A stretch of 40,438 bases of DNA, taken from assembly GCA_044868695.1 (NCBI GenBank), contig JBIOWP010000120.1:1-40438 (forward strand), written 5' to 3'. A program made the position numbers and the translations under genes. Of this stretch, positions 30,125 through 38,774 are shown piece by piece (position 1 is the first letter of the stretch; each line of letters opens with the position of its first letter). The stretch is from a bacterium (lineage in GTDB: Bacteria > Sysuimicrobiota > Sysuimicrobiia > Sysuimicrobiales > Kaftiobacteriaceae). Below the pieces are notes generated by a model that was given only the letters and a program-made list of their open reading frames with translations, had not been told where the DNA came from and did no database searches.

Positions 30125-30903
30125 CTGACGGGCACCGGGCCTCGGGCACCGGTCATCGTACAAACTATGCCGAAGCCACGAGTCCCGGAGCCCGGAGCCC
30201 GGAGCCCGTTCGTATCGGAGTTCTCGTGTCAGGCGGCGGGACGAACCTGCAGGCGATCCTGGATGCCTGCGGCCGGGGCGAGATTCCGGGGCAGGTCGTC
30301 GTCGTGATATCCAGCGTGTCGGGGGCCTTCGCCGTGGAGCGGGCGCGCGCCGCCGGCGTGCCGGCAGTGGTGCTGGCTCCGAAGGATTTCCGAGACCGGG
30401 AATCCTATGACGCCCGCCTGGCCGAGGTGCTGCTCTCGCACCGCGTCGATCTCGTCTGCATGGCAGGGTTTTTGCGGATTCTCACCCCTCGGTTCATCCG
30501 TGAGTTCTCCGAGCGGATTCTGAACATTCACCCGGCGCTGTTGCCCGCGTTTGGGGGCCCGGGGATGTACGGCGCGCACGTCCACCAGGCGGTCCTGGCC
30601 AGCGGGGCGCGTGTCTCCGGATGCACGGTGCACTTCGCCACCGAGACGCCCGACGGTGGGCCGATCATCCTGCAGTCGGTGGTCCTCGTGCACGACGACG
30701 ACAGCGTCGAAACGCTCTCCGCCCGGATCGCCGAAGAAGAACACCGGCTCTACCCCAAGGCCGTGCGGCTGTTCGCGGAGGGACGGCTGCAGGTCGTCGG
30801 CAAGCGAGTGCGCATTCTCCCTTCCCGAACAGACGGGCGGGCATCGGGCCGCGGGCTCCATCGTGATGGTGCAGACATTTCAGAGGAAGAACTCAAGGTC
30901 TAA
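30121..30903 (+). CDS. purN: GAR transformylase with repeat-derived N- and C-terminal extensions
   Basis: GVLVSGGGTNLQA, AGFLRIL, NIHPALLPAFGG, GCTVHF, DGGPII; ATGA overlap with purM. Confidence 0.95.
   Translation: MTDGHRASGTGHRTNYAEATSPGARSPEPVRIGVLVSGGGTNLQAILDACGRGEIPGQVVVVISSVSGAFAVERARAAGVPAVVLAPKDFRDRESYDARLAEVLLSHRVDLVCMAGFLRILTPRFIREFSERILNIHPALLPAFGGPGMYGAHVHQAVLASGARVSGCTVHFATETPDGGPIILQSVVLVHDDDSVETLSARIAEEEHRLYPKAVRLFAEGRLQVVGKRVRILPSRTDGRASGRGLHRDGADISEEELKV
30130..30207. repeat. Inverted heptamer arrays (GGGCACC-type x4 / GGAGCCC-type x4) in the purN 5' end
   Basis: gggcacc gggcctc gggcacc ggtcatc ... gagtccc ggagccc ggagccc ggagccc. Confidence 0.75.
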
Positions 30904-30979
30904 TCTGGCCGGTCAAGAGAGGACGAGGCGCATGGCGTCACAGTTGTCGGAGCCCGGAGCCCGGAATCCGGAGCCCGTT
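30839..30979. repeat. Heptamer arrays bracketing the purN-purH junction
   Basis: gggcatc gggccgc gggctcc (30839-30859, purN tail) and ggagccc ggagccc ggaatcc ggagccc (30949-30976, purH head). Confidence 0.7.
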
Positions 30980-32509
30980 GGTCCCATCCGGATCCGCCGC
31001 GCCGTGATCAGTGTCTGGGACAAAGCCGGGGTCGTCGAGCTGGCCGCCGCGCTCCACCGCATGGGTGCGGAGATCCTCAGCACTGGAGGGACGGCCCAGG
31101 CGCTGCGGGAGGCGGCGATCCCCGTGACCGCGATCGAAGCGGTCACCGGCTATCCGGCCATTCTTGATGGACGCGTGAAGACGTTGCATCCCGCGATCTT
31201 CGCCGCCATCTTGGGCCGGGACGACGCCGCGCACCGCGCGCAGCTGGACGACATGGGCATTACGCCGGTCGATCTGGTCGTGGTGAACCTCTATCCATTC
31301 GAGTCGCGGGCGCTCGACGCGCCGATCGGCGAGGCGGTGGAGTTGATCGACGTCGGCGGCGTGTCTCTGCTGCGCGCCGCCGCGAAGAACTGGGAGCGCG
31401 TCGCCGTCGTGTGTGACACCGGGCAGTATGACCCGCTCGCGGAGGAGCTCCTGCGGGAGGGCGGCGTCTCCGCGCCGACCCGCCGGCGCCTGGCGGCCGA
31501 GGCGTTCGCGCGCACGGCTGCGTACGACGCCGCGATCGCCGGATACTTCAACCGCGAGCAACACGAACGATTTCCGAGTGTGCTGACGGTGGCGTATCGC
31601 AAAGTGCAGCAGGCCCGCTACGGGGAGAACCCACACCAGGCCGCGGCGTTCTATCGCGCCTGCACGGGGGCGGAAGGGCTGGCCGGCGCGCGGCAGCTGC
31701 AGGGCAAGGAACTTTCATTTAATAACTTGGTGGATCTGGACACCGCCTGGGGCCTGATTCTGGAGTTTGCGCAGCCCGCCGCCGCGATCATCAAGCACGC
31801 CACCCCCTGCGGGGCGGCCACCGGCGCAACCATCGCGGAGGCGTATGCCTCCGCGCGCGCCTGCGATCCTGTCTCGGCGTTCGGTGGCATCACCGCGTTC
31901 AACCGGGACATGGACGAGCGGACGGCGCTCGAGATCGCCGGAATCTTCACGGAGGCGGTGATTGCCCCCGGCGTCACCGCGGCCGCGCGCACGGTTTTGG
32001 CGCGCAAGCCCAACCTGCGCGTCCTCGAGTGCCCGGACGCCAGTCTCCACCCGACGCTCGGTTTCCGGTCGGTGACCGGAGGGTTGCTCGTTCAGGAGGC
32101 GGACGAGCTCGACATCGATGAAACGCAGCTGCGGGTCGTCACACCCCGCACGCCGACGCCTGAGGAGATGGCAGACCTGCGCGTCGCGTGGACGGTCTGC
32201 AAGTGGACCAAGTCCAACGCCATCGTGCTCGTCCGCAGAGGGGCAACGGTCGGGATCGGCAGCGGCCAGCCCAACCGTGTGGGGGCCGTGGAGATTGCGG
32301 TGAAGGTTGCCGGCGACCGCGCCCCGGGCGCCGCGCTCGCGTCAGACGCGTTCTTCCCGTTCCGTGACGGCGTCGACACCGCCGCGCGCGCCGGCGTCAC
32401 CGCGATCATCCAGCCGGGCGGGTCGGTGCGCGACGATGAGGTCATTGCCGCCGCGACGGAACATGGGATCGCGATGGTGTTGACAGGCGTGCGGCACTTC
32501 CGACACTAG
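30932..32509 (+). CDS. purH: Bifunctional AICAR transformylase/IMP cyclohydrolase
   Basis: ILSTGGT, GRVKTLHP, VNLYPF, RYGENPHQ, KHATPCG, ASDAFFPF, RHFRH. Confidence 0.97.
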   Translation: MASQLSEPGARNPEPVGPIRIRRAVISVWDKAGVVELAAALHRMGAEILSTGGTAQALREAAIPVTAIEAVTGYPAILDGRVKTLHPAIFAAILGRDDAAHRAQLDDMGITPVDLVVVNLYPFESRALDAPIGEAVELIDVGGVSLLRAAAKNWERVAVVCDTGQYDPLAEELLREGGVSAPTRRRLAAEAFARTAAYDAAIAGYFNREQHERFPSVLTVAYRKVQQARYGENPHQAAAFYRACTGAEGLAGARQLQGKELSFNNLVDLDTAWGLILEFAQPAAAIIKHATPCGAATGATIAEAYASARACDPVSAFGGITAFNRDMDERTALEIAGIFTEAVIAPGVTAAARTVLARKPNLRVLECPDASLHPTLGFRSVTGGLLVQEADELDIDETQLRVVTPRTPTPEEMADLRVAWTVCKWTKSNAIVLVRRGATVGIGSGQPNRVGAVEIAVKVAGDRAPGAALASDAFFPFRDGVDTAARAGVTAIIQPGGSVRDDEVIAAATEHGIAMVLTGVRHFRH

Positions 32510-32522
32510 ATAACCCAGCGGG

Positions 32523-35141
32523 TTACCGGCCCACCTTCGCGGCTGCGGCCAGATCCGCTACCAACCCCAGCCGCATCGCCTCGCGCGCAACTTCGACGCG
32601 GTTGCGCACGCCGAGCTTCGATAGGATTGACGAGACGTGGTGGTCGATGGTTTTCACAGACACGTAACTCCGTTTGGCGATCTCAATGTTGCTCAAGCCC
32701 TGAACGAGCAGAGAAGCGATCTCAATCTCGCGCGACGTCAGTCCGGCCGGATGCGCGCGTGTGGATGGGCGCGGACCTCGCGGAATTCCCCGGATGCCCA
32801 TCTCCCGCAAACGCTTCGCCGTCACCGCGGCCATCGGCCGGGCCCCCAACCGCTCGAACGTCTCCAGCGCGCGCCGCAGCGCCTCTTCTTCACCGCTGTC
32901 GGCCAGCGCGAGGGCAGTTTCGTAGGGACACCCGATGTCGCTCCATCGTTGTGCAGCTTGGCGCCACTCGCCGGCGATCGCACGGGCGTAAGGCTCCGCC
33001 AGGCCGGGCGGCGGCTCATCCACGCGACCGGCACGCCAGCGCCAGTACGCGAGTTCACCGAGGGTCCAGGGATCGCGGACCTCGAGCGCCCGCTCGAACA
33101 TCGCCTGGGTTGCCGCGCCAATCGTTTCGGAATGGCCGTCAAGCCACGCCGCCTCTGCCCGTGCTGCGGCGACGGGTGCGATGTGTTGAAACTGTTCGGT
33201 CGGTTCGGCCAGCGCCAGCGCCTCGTCAAGTAGTGGCCAGACATCGGGCTCGCCTCGGCGCGCCCGCACAAGCGCCAGCACGCACAGCGCAGGGATGCGC
33301 GACATGGACTCGCCGTGCGCATAGTGGGCGACAAAGGAGGCGGAGCCGGCCGCCTCGGTCCAGCGGCCCTGGTCGAACTCCAGGCGGCTTCGATGTGTCA
33401 CCAGCCAGAGCCGCCAGAGGTAGAGGTCACGCTCGTTGGCGTACTCAAGACCGGCCGTGACGCGCTCGATCACGCCGAAGCTGCGGGTTCGCGCCGCGGC
33501 CCAGGCCAGGTGGATGAAGGCCCGGCCCACATGCTCTTCCAGGCCCACGCGCTGTGCGAGCTCGAGACTCCGCTCCAGTTTCTGCCTGCCCTCCGGCATC
33601 CCCCGGAGGAGCTCCATCGTCCCCATGTTATTGAGCGTGTGGATCAGGACCTCATCGTCGCCAAGCTGCTCCGCCATCTCGAGCGCACGTGCGCCCCAGG
33701 CGAGGGTCCCCTCCGTATCTTCCGCGTTCATGCAGACTGACGACATGGCGCTGTAGGCCATTGCCAGCTCGCGCCCTGGGGGCAGCTGTTCGAGGATGCC
33801 AACAGCCTCCCGGGCCCGCTGCTCAGAATCCAGGATCCGCCCGGTGCACCAGAGGACCCGCGAAAGGGCGCGAAGCGAGTCCCCTTCTTTCCGGCGGTCA
33901 CCGATGGCCCGGCGACACTGGACGGCGCGTTCAAGCGTCTCGATCGCTTCCGTGGACTGGGCGATGAGGAAACACTGGTAGGCGCGACGCTCGAGGAGGT
34001 CAGCCCGCGTTGCCAGCGGCAGGCCGTCGGCGAACCGCAGCGCCCGCGCATACTGTGCGGCTGCCTCGCGATGGGCTCCCAGCGCCTCCGCGCGCCGCGC
34101 GGCTTCCTGCGCGTACTGCAAGGTCGCTTCTCCGTCGCCTGCCGCCTCGGCGTGGTGCGCAAGTCGGGTCAGGTCCTCGCGAGTCGCCGGTGATGAGCGA
34201 AGCGCCCGCAGCACCGCGCGGTGAAGGGCCAGGCTCTGGTGTGGAGGGATACTTTGGAGAATCGCCTCGCGGGCGAGTTCGTGCCGGAACATGAGGTGCG
34301 CATCCTGCGTGTGCAACATTCCCGCGGACACACATTCGTCCAGCGCATCGGAATCGTCCCCCGCGACTTCGCTGACCAGCCAGGGCTCGAGACGAAACCC
34401 GATGACGGCCGCGGTGTCCAGGACCCTCCGAGCCTTCGCCGACAACCGGGTCGCCCGCGCCAGGACGGCATCGCGCACCGTCGCCGGAATCCCGGGGGTC
34501 CCGCTGGCCAGGACCTCTGTGACGAAGAACGGATTGCCGCCGGTTTGCCGGTACAGCTCCGCGGGGTCGAGATCGCTGCCCATCGCCAGCGTCCGCACGG
34601 CCGCCTCGGACAACGGGGGAAGCTTCAGGCGCCGTACCGCCTCAGCGGTCGCAAGATCGCCGAGGACGGTCGTCAAGGGATGCCCGCGGCCGATCTCTTC
34701 GACGCGGTAGGTCACGACCATGAGGGCTCGGGTGTTGTTGATCCTGCGCCCCAGGAACCGGAGGAGGTCGAGCGTGGCTTCGTCAGCCCATTGAGCGTCC
34801 TCAAATACAACGAGGGTCGGAGCCGCGCCGATTTCTCCGAGAAATGTCTGGAACACCTCACCCCGTGGCGCACCGGCGTCCAGCAGCCCTCCTGCTCCTG
34901 GAGCCAGGACGCTGGTCACATCGAGCAGGGGGCCCAGGGGACGGGGGGTCGAGAGCGGATCACAGGCACCGGTCGCAACACCGGCGATGCCCTCGACCGT
35001 CCGCGCGAAGATGCGCAGCAGCGCCGTCTTTCCGATCCCGGCCTCGCCGGCGACGAAGACGAGGCTTCCGCGTCCCCCGGCGGCCTCGCTCAGCCAGTCC
35101 TTGAGGTCCTTGAGGAAGGTCTCCCGCTCGAGCAACCTCAT
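32523..35141 (-). CDS. AAA-ATPase/TPR-like/LuxR-HTH transcriptional regulator (MalT/LAL-like STAND), copy 1; alternative TTG start 35177
   Basis: LLERE, Walker A GEAGIGKT, Walker B VVFEDAQWAD, TGGNPFFV, FRHEL, C-terminal GLTSREIEI...KTIDHHVSSILSKLG. Confidence 0.93.
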   Translation of the reverse strand: MRLLERETFLKDLKDWLSEAAGGRGSLVFVAGEAGIGKTALLRIFARTVEGIAGVATGACDPLSTPRPLGPLLDVTSVLAPGAGGLLDAGAPRGEVFQTFLGEIGAAPTLVVFEDAQWADEATLDLLRFLGRRINNTRALMVVTYRVEEIGRGHPLTTVLGDLATAEAVRRLKLPPLSEAAVRTLAMGSDLDPAELYRQTGGNPFFVTEVLASGTPGIPATVRDAVLARATRLSAKARRVLDTAAVIGFRLEPWLVSEVAGDDSDALDECVSAGMLHTQDAHLMFRHELAREAILQSIPPHQSLALHRAVLRALRSSPATREDLTRLAHHAEAAGDGEATLQYAQEAARRAEALGAHREAAAQYARALRFADGLPLATRADLLERRAYQCFLIAQSTEAIETLERAVQCRRAIGDRRKEGDSLRALSRVLWCTGRILDSEQRAREAVGILEQLPPGRELAMAYSAMSSVCMNAEDTEGTLAWGARALEMAEQLGDDEVLIHTLNNMGTMELLRGMPEGRQKLERSLELAQRVGLEEHVGRAFIHLAWAAARTRSFGVIERVTAGLEYANERDLYLWRLWLVTHRSRLEFDQGRWTEAAGSASFVAHYAHGESMSRIPALCVLALVRARRGEPDVWPLLDEALALAEPTEQFQHIAPVAAARAEAAWLDGHSETIGAATQAMFERALEVRDPWTLGELAYWRWRAGRVDEPPPGLAEPYARAIAGEWRQAAQRWSDIGCPYETALALADSGEEEALRRALETFERLGARPMAAVTAKRLREMGIRGIPRGPRPSTRAHPAGLTSREIEIASLLVQGLSNIEIAKRSYVSVKTIDHHVSSILSKLGVRNRVEVAREAMRLGLVADLAAAAKVGR

Positions 35142-35145
35142 TGGA

Positions 35146-35183
35146 GTTGCTACGCCTTCTGCGACCCGGGAGGTCAATCCTGC
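35146..35183 (+). repeat. 38-bp direct repeat, copy A (partner at 37829-37866)
   Basis: GTTGCTACGCCTTCTGCGACCCGGGAGGTCAATCCTGC; 31/38 identical to copy B, ungapped. Confidence 0.8.
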
Positions 35184-37771
35184 AGCAGTCCCAGCCTTGC
35201 GGCCTCGCGGGCGACGTCCGTTCGCGTGCGCACCCCGAGCTTTGCTAGGACCGACGACACATGGTGGTCCACGGTTTTGGTCGAGAGAAACATTCGCCTG
35301 GCGATGTCGGCATTTCGGAGCCCCCCGGCGATGAACCGCGCGATTTCAATTTCCCGCGCGGTCAATCCTGCGGGGTGGGCGCGCGTGCTCGGCCGCGCGC
35401 CGCGAGGGATGTGTCGAATACCCATCTCCCTCATCCGGCGCGTGATGATCGCGGCGAGCGGTCGGGCGCCCAGGCGCTCGCAGACCTCAAGCGCGTCGCG
35501 GAGTGGGCGTTCCTCACTCGCGTCCGCAAGGGCGCGCGCTGCCTCGTAGGGGCAGCCTAGTCGCTCCCACGCAGCCGATGCGCCAGCCCAGTTGTCGCGC
35601 CACTGCAGAGCGAAGGGCTCCGCCGCGCCGTCGGGCGGCTGGGCCAAGTCTCCCGCGCGCCATCGCCAATAAGCCAGTTCCCCCATGAACCAAGGGTGGC
35701 CCCGCTGGAGCGCGAGATCGTATGCGGCGTGTGCTTCGCGTGCCGCGCCATCGGAGTCACCGGCGAGCCACGCCGCCTCCGCCCGGGCCGCGTGGACCGG
35801 AGCCAGGCGTTGCAACGTTCCGGTCGGCAAGGCCAGTGCCAGGGCCTCGTCAAGTATGGGGGTCGCTTCTGGGTCCCCGCGCCGGGAGAGGACGCGCCCC
35901 AGGGCGAGGAGCGCCATGATCCGGCTTGTCGCAGCCGTCTGGGGACGGGACGCGACGGCCCGGCCCTCTCGCTCCGCTTCTTCCCAGCGGCCGAGGTACA
36001 TGGCCACGAGGGCATGCCAGGCTTGCATATATGCATGTGCGGTGTCCAGGTCGCGCTCGACGCAATACACCATCCCCTCGGTGAGGAAGCGTTCCGCTGT
36101 GGGGAAGTCGTAGACCTCACCCGACGCGCTCCCCAGGTTCCAGTAGGCCCACGCCACCAGATCCGGAAGGTCAGATTGCCGAGCGATGGACAGACTCCGC
36201 TCCAGAGACTGACGCCCCTCATGGGAATGGCCGGAGAGGATGCGCGCCGCACCCACGAAGTTGTGAGCCATGATCGTCGTCTCCAGGTCGTTGAGATGTT
36301 CAGCCAACGCGATCGCCCGCTCTGCCCACTGCACCGCGGTGACGTTCTGTCGGTCCATCATGAGCAGCATCGCTCGAGTCCGGTAGGCGGCGCCGAGTTC
36401 CCGTGATGGCCCGAGGGGTTCGAGGATCTCCAGCGCCAGGACGCTGGCCGCCTCGGCGTCCGCGTTCCGGCCGTTCCGCACGAACGTCCTGGCAAGCCGC
36501 AGGTACGCTCGGGCTTCCCGGGAGCGGTCGCCGAGGGCACGCCAGACCTGTACGGCTTCCTCATCGGCGGCAATCGCTTGATCCAATCGGTCCGTGAGCC
36601 AGCACTGCTCCGCATAGCCCTCAAGAAGGGCCGCCCGGTCCGCCGAGGCCAGCCCGTCGGAGAAGCGGAGCGCACGCGCGAGCTGGGCCGCACCTTCGCG
36701 GTGAGCGCCAAGGGCAGCCGCACGTTTCGCGGCGGACTGTGCGAAGGTCAGCACAGCTGGTCCATCCGCTGCCGCTTCGGCATGATGGGCGAGCCGCCCG
36801 GGGTCGGTCCCGGCCACCGGTGACGATCGGAGCGCATCCAGCACCGCACGATGAAGAGCGAGAGCCTGCTGTGGTGAGAGCGCCTGGAGGATGGCTTCGC
36901 GTCCCAGTTCATGGCGGAAGGCCAGGCCTGCTGCGTCGGTCCTGAGGAGGCCGCGGTCCAGACATTCCTCGACGAACTGGGGATCCGTGGAGGGGAACGC
37001 GCGCAGGAGCCAGGGTTCGATCCGCGCGCCGATAACCGCGCAAATCTCGAGGACCTGCCGCCCCTCCGGTGATAGCCTCGAGGCGCGAGCGAGGACCGCG
37101 TCGCGGATCGTGGCGGGAATGCGGGTGCCTCCTACCGCAAGGACCTCAGTGACAAAGAACGGGTTCCCTGCCGTCTGGCGGTGCAACTGTGCGGCGTCGA
37201 GGCCACTGCCCCGCGCGAGGACTTCAACCGCGGCCCGCGACAGCGGTGCCAGGAAGACGCGGCGCACCGCTTCGGCGGTGGCGAGGTCGCCCAGCACGGC
37301 GGTGAGGGGATGCTTCGGGCCGACTTCGTCGTCCCGGTAGGTGGCAATCAGGAGGGCGGGGGCGCCTGCGATCCTTCGCCCGATGAATCGCAGGAGGTCG
37401 AGGGTCGCTTCGTCTGCCCAGTGGACGTCTTCGAAGATGACGACGGAGGCTGCGGCTCCAATGTCCTCGAGAAACGCCCGGAATACTCGCTCGGGCCGTG
37501 CGGCGTCCTCCAGAAGCTGTAGGGTCGTTCCGTCGAAGTGACCAGCGACGTCCACCAAGGGCCCGAGGGGACGCGGCGTGGAGAGGGGATCGCAGGCGCC
37601 GTAGGCCACCTTCGTCAGCCCTTCCACCGCGGCCGCGAAGGTCCGCACCAGCATGCTCTTGCCGATTCCGGCCTCGCCCGCCACGAAGACGAGACGCCCT
37701 TTTCCGGTGCGCGCTTCGCGGGCCCAGCCGTGAAGTTGCTTTAGGTATCCCTCGCGCTCGAGAATTGTCAA
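35174..37771 (-). CDS. AAA-ATPase/TPR-like/LuxR-HTH transcriptional regulator (MalT/LAL-like STAND), copy 2
   Basis: TTG start chosen by homology to copy 1 (LTILERE vs MRLLERE); GEAGIGKS, IFEDVHWAD, AGNPFFV, GLTAREIEI...KTVDHHVSSVLAKLG. Confidence 0.92.
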   Translation of the reverse strand: MTILEREGYLKQLHGWAREARTGKGRLVFVAGEAGIGKSMLVRTFAAAVEGLTKVAYGACDPLSTPRPLGPLVDVAGHFDGTTLQLLEDAARPERVFRAFLEDIGAAASVVIFEDVHWADEATLDLLRFIGRRIAGAPALLIATYRDDEVGPKHPLTAVLGDLATAEAVRRVFLAPLSRAAVEVLARGSGLDAAQLHRQTAGNPFFVTEVLAVGGTRIPATIRDAVLARASRLSPEGRQVLEICAVIGARIEPWLLRAFPSTDPQFVEECLDRGLLRTDAAGLAFRHELGREAILQALSPQQALALHRAVLDALRSSPVAGTDPGRLAHHAEAAADGPAVLTFAQSAAKRAAALGAHREGAAQLARALRFSDGLASADRAALLEGYAEQCWLTDRLDQAIAADEEAVQVWRALGDRSREARAYLRLARTFVRNGRNADAEAASVLALEILEPLGPSRELGAAYRTRAMLLMMDRQNVTAVQWAERAIALAEHLNDLETTIMAHNFVGAARILSGHSHEGRQSLERSLSIARQSDLPDLVAWAYWNLGSASGEVYDFPTAERFLTEGMVYCVERDLDTAHAYMQAWHALVAMYLGRWEEAEREGRAVASRPQTAATSRIMALLALGRVLSRRGDPEATPILDEALALALPTGTLQRLAPVHAARAEAAWLAGDSDGAAREAHAAYDLALQRGHPWFMGELAYWRWRAGDLAQPPDGAAEPFALQWRDNWAGASAAWERLGCPYEAARALADASEERPLRDALEVCERLGARPLAAIITRRMREMGIRHIPRGARPSTRAHPAGLTAREIEIARFIAGGLRNADIARRMFLSTKTVDHHVSSVLAKLGVRTRTDVAREAARLGLLQD

Positions 37772-37812
37772 ATTGGGGAACCCCCACGGCCAAAATGGGG
37801 AAATGCACCCAT
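37770..37812. promoter_or_regulatory. Candidate operator pair for the LuxR-type regulators
   Basis: Direct repeats AAATTGGGGAA and AAAATGGGGAA, each part of an imperfect palindrome (TGGGG-N3-CCCCA; ATGGG-N8-CCCAT), in the divergent intergenic region. Confidence 0.5.
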
Positions 37813-37828
37813 GCCGATCCACTGCTGG

Positions 37829-37866
37829 GTTGCTACGCTTTCTGTGACCTTCGAAGGCAATCCTGC
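37829..37866 (+). repeat. 38-bp direct repeat, copy B, containing a candidate -10 (TACGCT) for the DUF4242 operon
   Basis: GTTGCTACGCTTTCTGTGACCTTCGAAGGCAATCCTGC. Confidence 0.8.
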
Positions 37867-37883
37867 TCTGGAAGGAGGACACG

Positions 37884-38162
37884 ATGCCACGGTATGTGAT
37901 TGAGCGAAATCTCCCGACCGGCCTCTCCGAGGCCGATATCGACGCGGCAGCCCGCAGAGCTGTGGCAGTGAACAGCGCCCTGCCTGGTGTGCGATGGATC
38001 CACAGCAATCTGGCCATCGATCGCAGCAAGTTCTTCTGTGAGTACGAGGCCCCCAGCCCGCAGGCGGTGCGCGAGGCCGCCCGGCTGGCCGAGATTCCCT
38101 GCGACACGATCACGGAAGTCCGGGAAGTCCACCCGGATGCGTACGCCAAATCCATTTGGTAG
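37884..38162 (+). CDS. DUF4242 (SCO4226-like, putative nickel-binding) protein
   Basis: MPRYVIER...GVRWIHS...KFFCEYEAPS..AVREAA....PCDTITEV pattern; AAGGAGG SD. Confidence 0.85.
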   Translation: MPRYVIERNLPTGLSEADIDAAARRAVAVNSALPGVRWIHSNLAIDRSKFFCEYEAPSPQAVREAARLAEIPCDTITEVREVHPDAYAKSIW

Positions 38163-38175
38163 AGAGGTGAGGAAG

Positions 38176-38772
38176 ATGCGTGCGTTGTCCTGTCTGGTAG
38201 GCGCAGTCATTTTGATCGTCGCCGCAAGCCTTCCGCTGCAGGCCACCCAGGCCCACATGCCGGCCGCTCAGGCGCAGACGACCGTGTCGCCGAAAGTCGC
38301 CGCGGCGATTGCACAGGCGCGTCTCGCCACGGCCAAATACGCGATGGACCCGGAGCGGGCTAAAGCGGACGGCTACATGATGATCACCCCTATGATCCCC
38401 AACATGGGGTACCACTTCCTCAATCCCAAGATTGAGGGGTTCGATGTGGCGAAGCCGCCCATTCTCGTGTACGTCCGTAGGGACGACGTCTGGCAGCTGG
38501 TCGCGATTGAGTGGGTGTACCCGAAGCGGCCTGCTTCGGCTCCCCTTCCCGGCGCCCGGTACGGGTCGTTCGGGGCGGCCTGCCACTACGTGGACGGGTC
38601 CTTTGTGGAGGCGGGGGCGGAGGCGAAGTGCGGAAAGTCGAATGCCAAGACCGGAGCCGCTTTCAACTTCTGGCACCCGCCGCTCGTCACGCTTCATCTG
38701 TGGATCTGGTACAATAACCCCGGCGGTGTGTTCGCCGAGTTCAATCCGCTCCTGACGCCGTTCAACGAGTAG
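38176..38772 (+). CDS. Exported hypothetical protein with MGYH and LHLWIW-x-NPxG motifs
   Basis: Signal peptide MRALSCLVGAVILIVAASLPLQA; GAGGTGAGG SD; conserved-looking Met/His motifs; two Cys in the mature part. Confidence 0.8.
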   Translation: MRALSCLVGAVILIVAASLPLQATQAHMPAAQAQTTVSPKVAAAIAQARLATAKYAMDPERAKADGYMMITPMIPNMGYHFLNPKIEGFDVAKPPILVYVRRDDVWQLVAIEWVYPKRPASAPLPGARYGSFGAACHYVDGSFVEAGAEAKCGKSNAKTGAAFNFWHPPLVTLHLWIWYNNPGGVFAEFNPLLTPFNE

Positions 38773-38774
38773 CG

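Noticed and set aside
32523..37771. Avs/NLR-like antiphage STAND system
   Set aside because: Both proteins end in LuxR HTH domains and have no nuclease, TIR, SIR2 or other effector domain.
37772..38155. 128-aa N-terminal extension of regulator 2 in the ORF track (likewise for alr, binding protein, pxpBC, purD, purH, DUF92)
   Set aside because: Extensions overlap neighbouring genes or promoters; homology, SD sites and overlaps support later starts.
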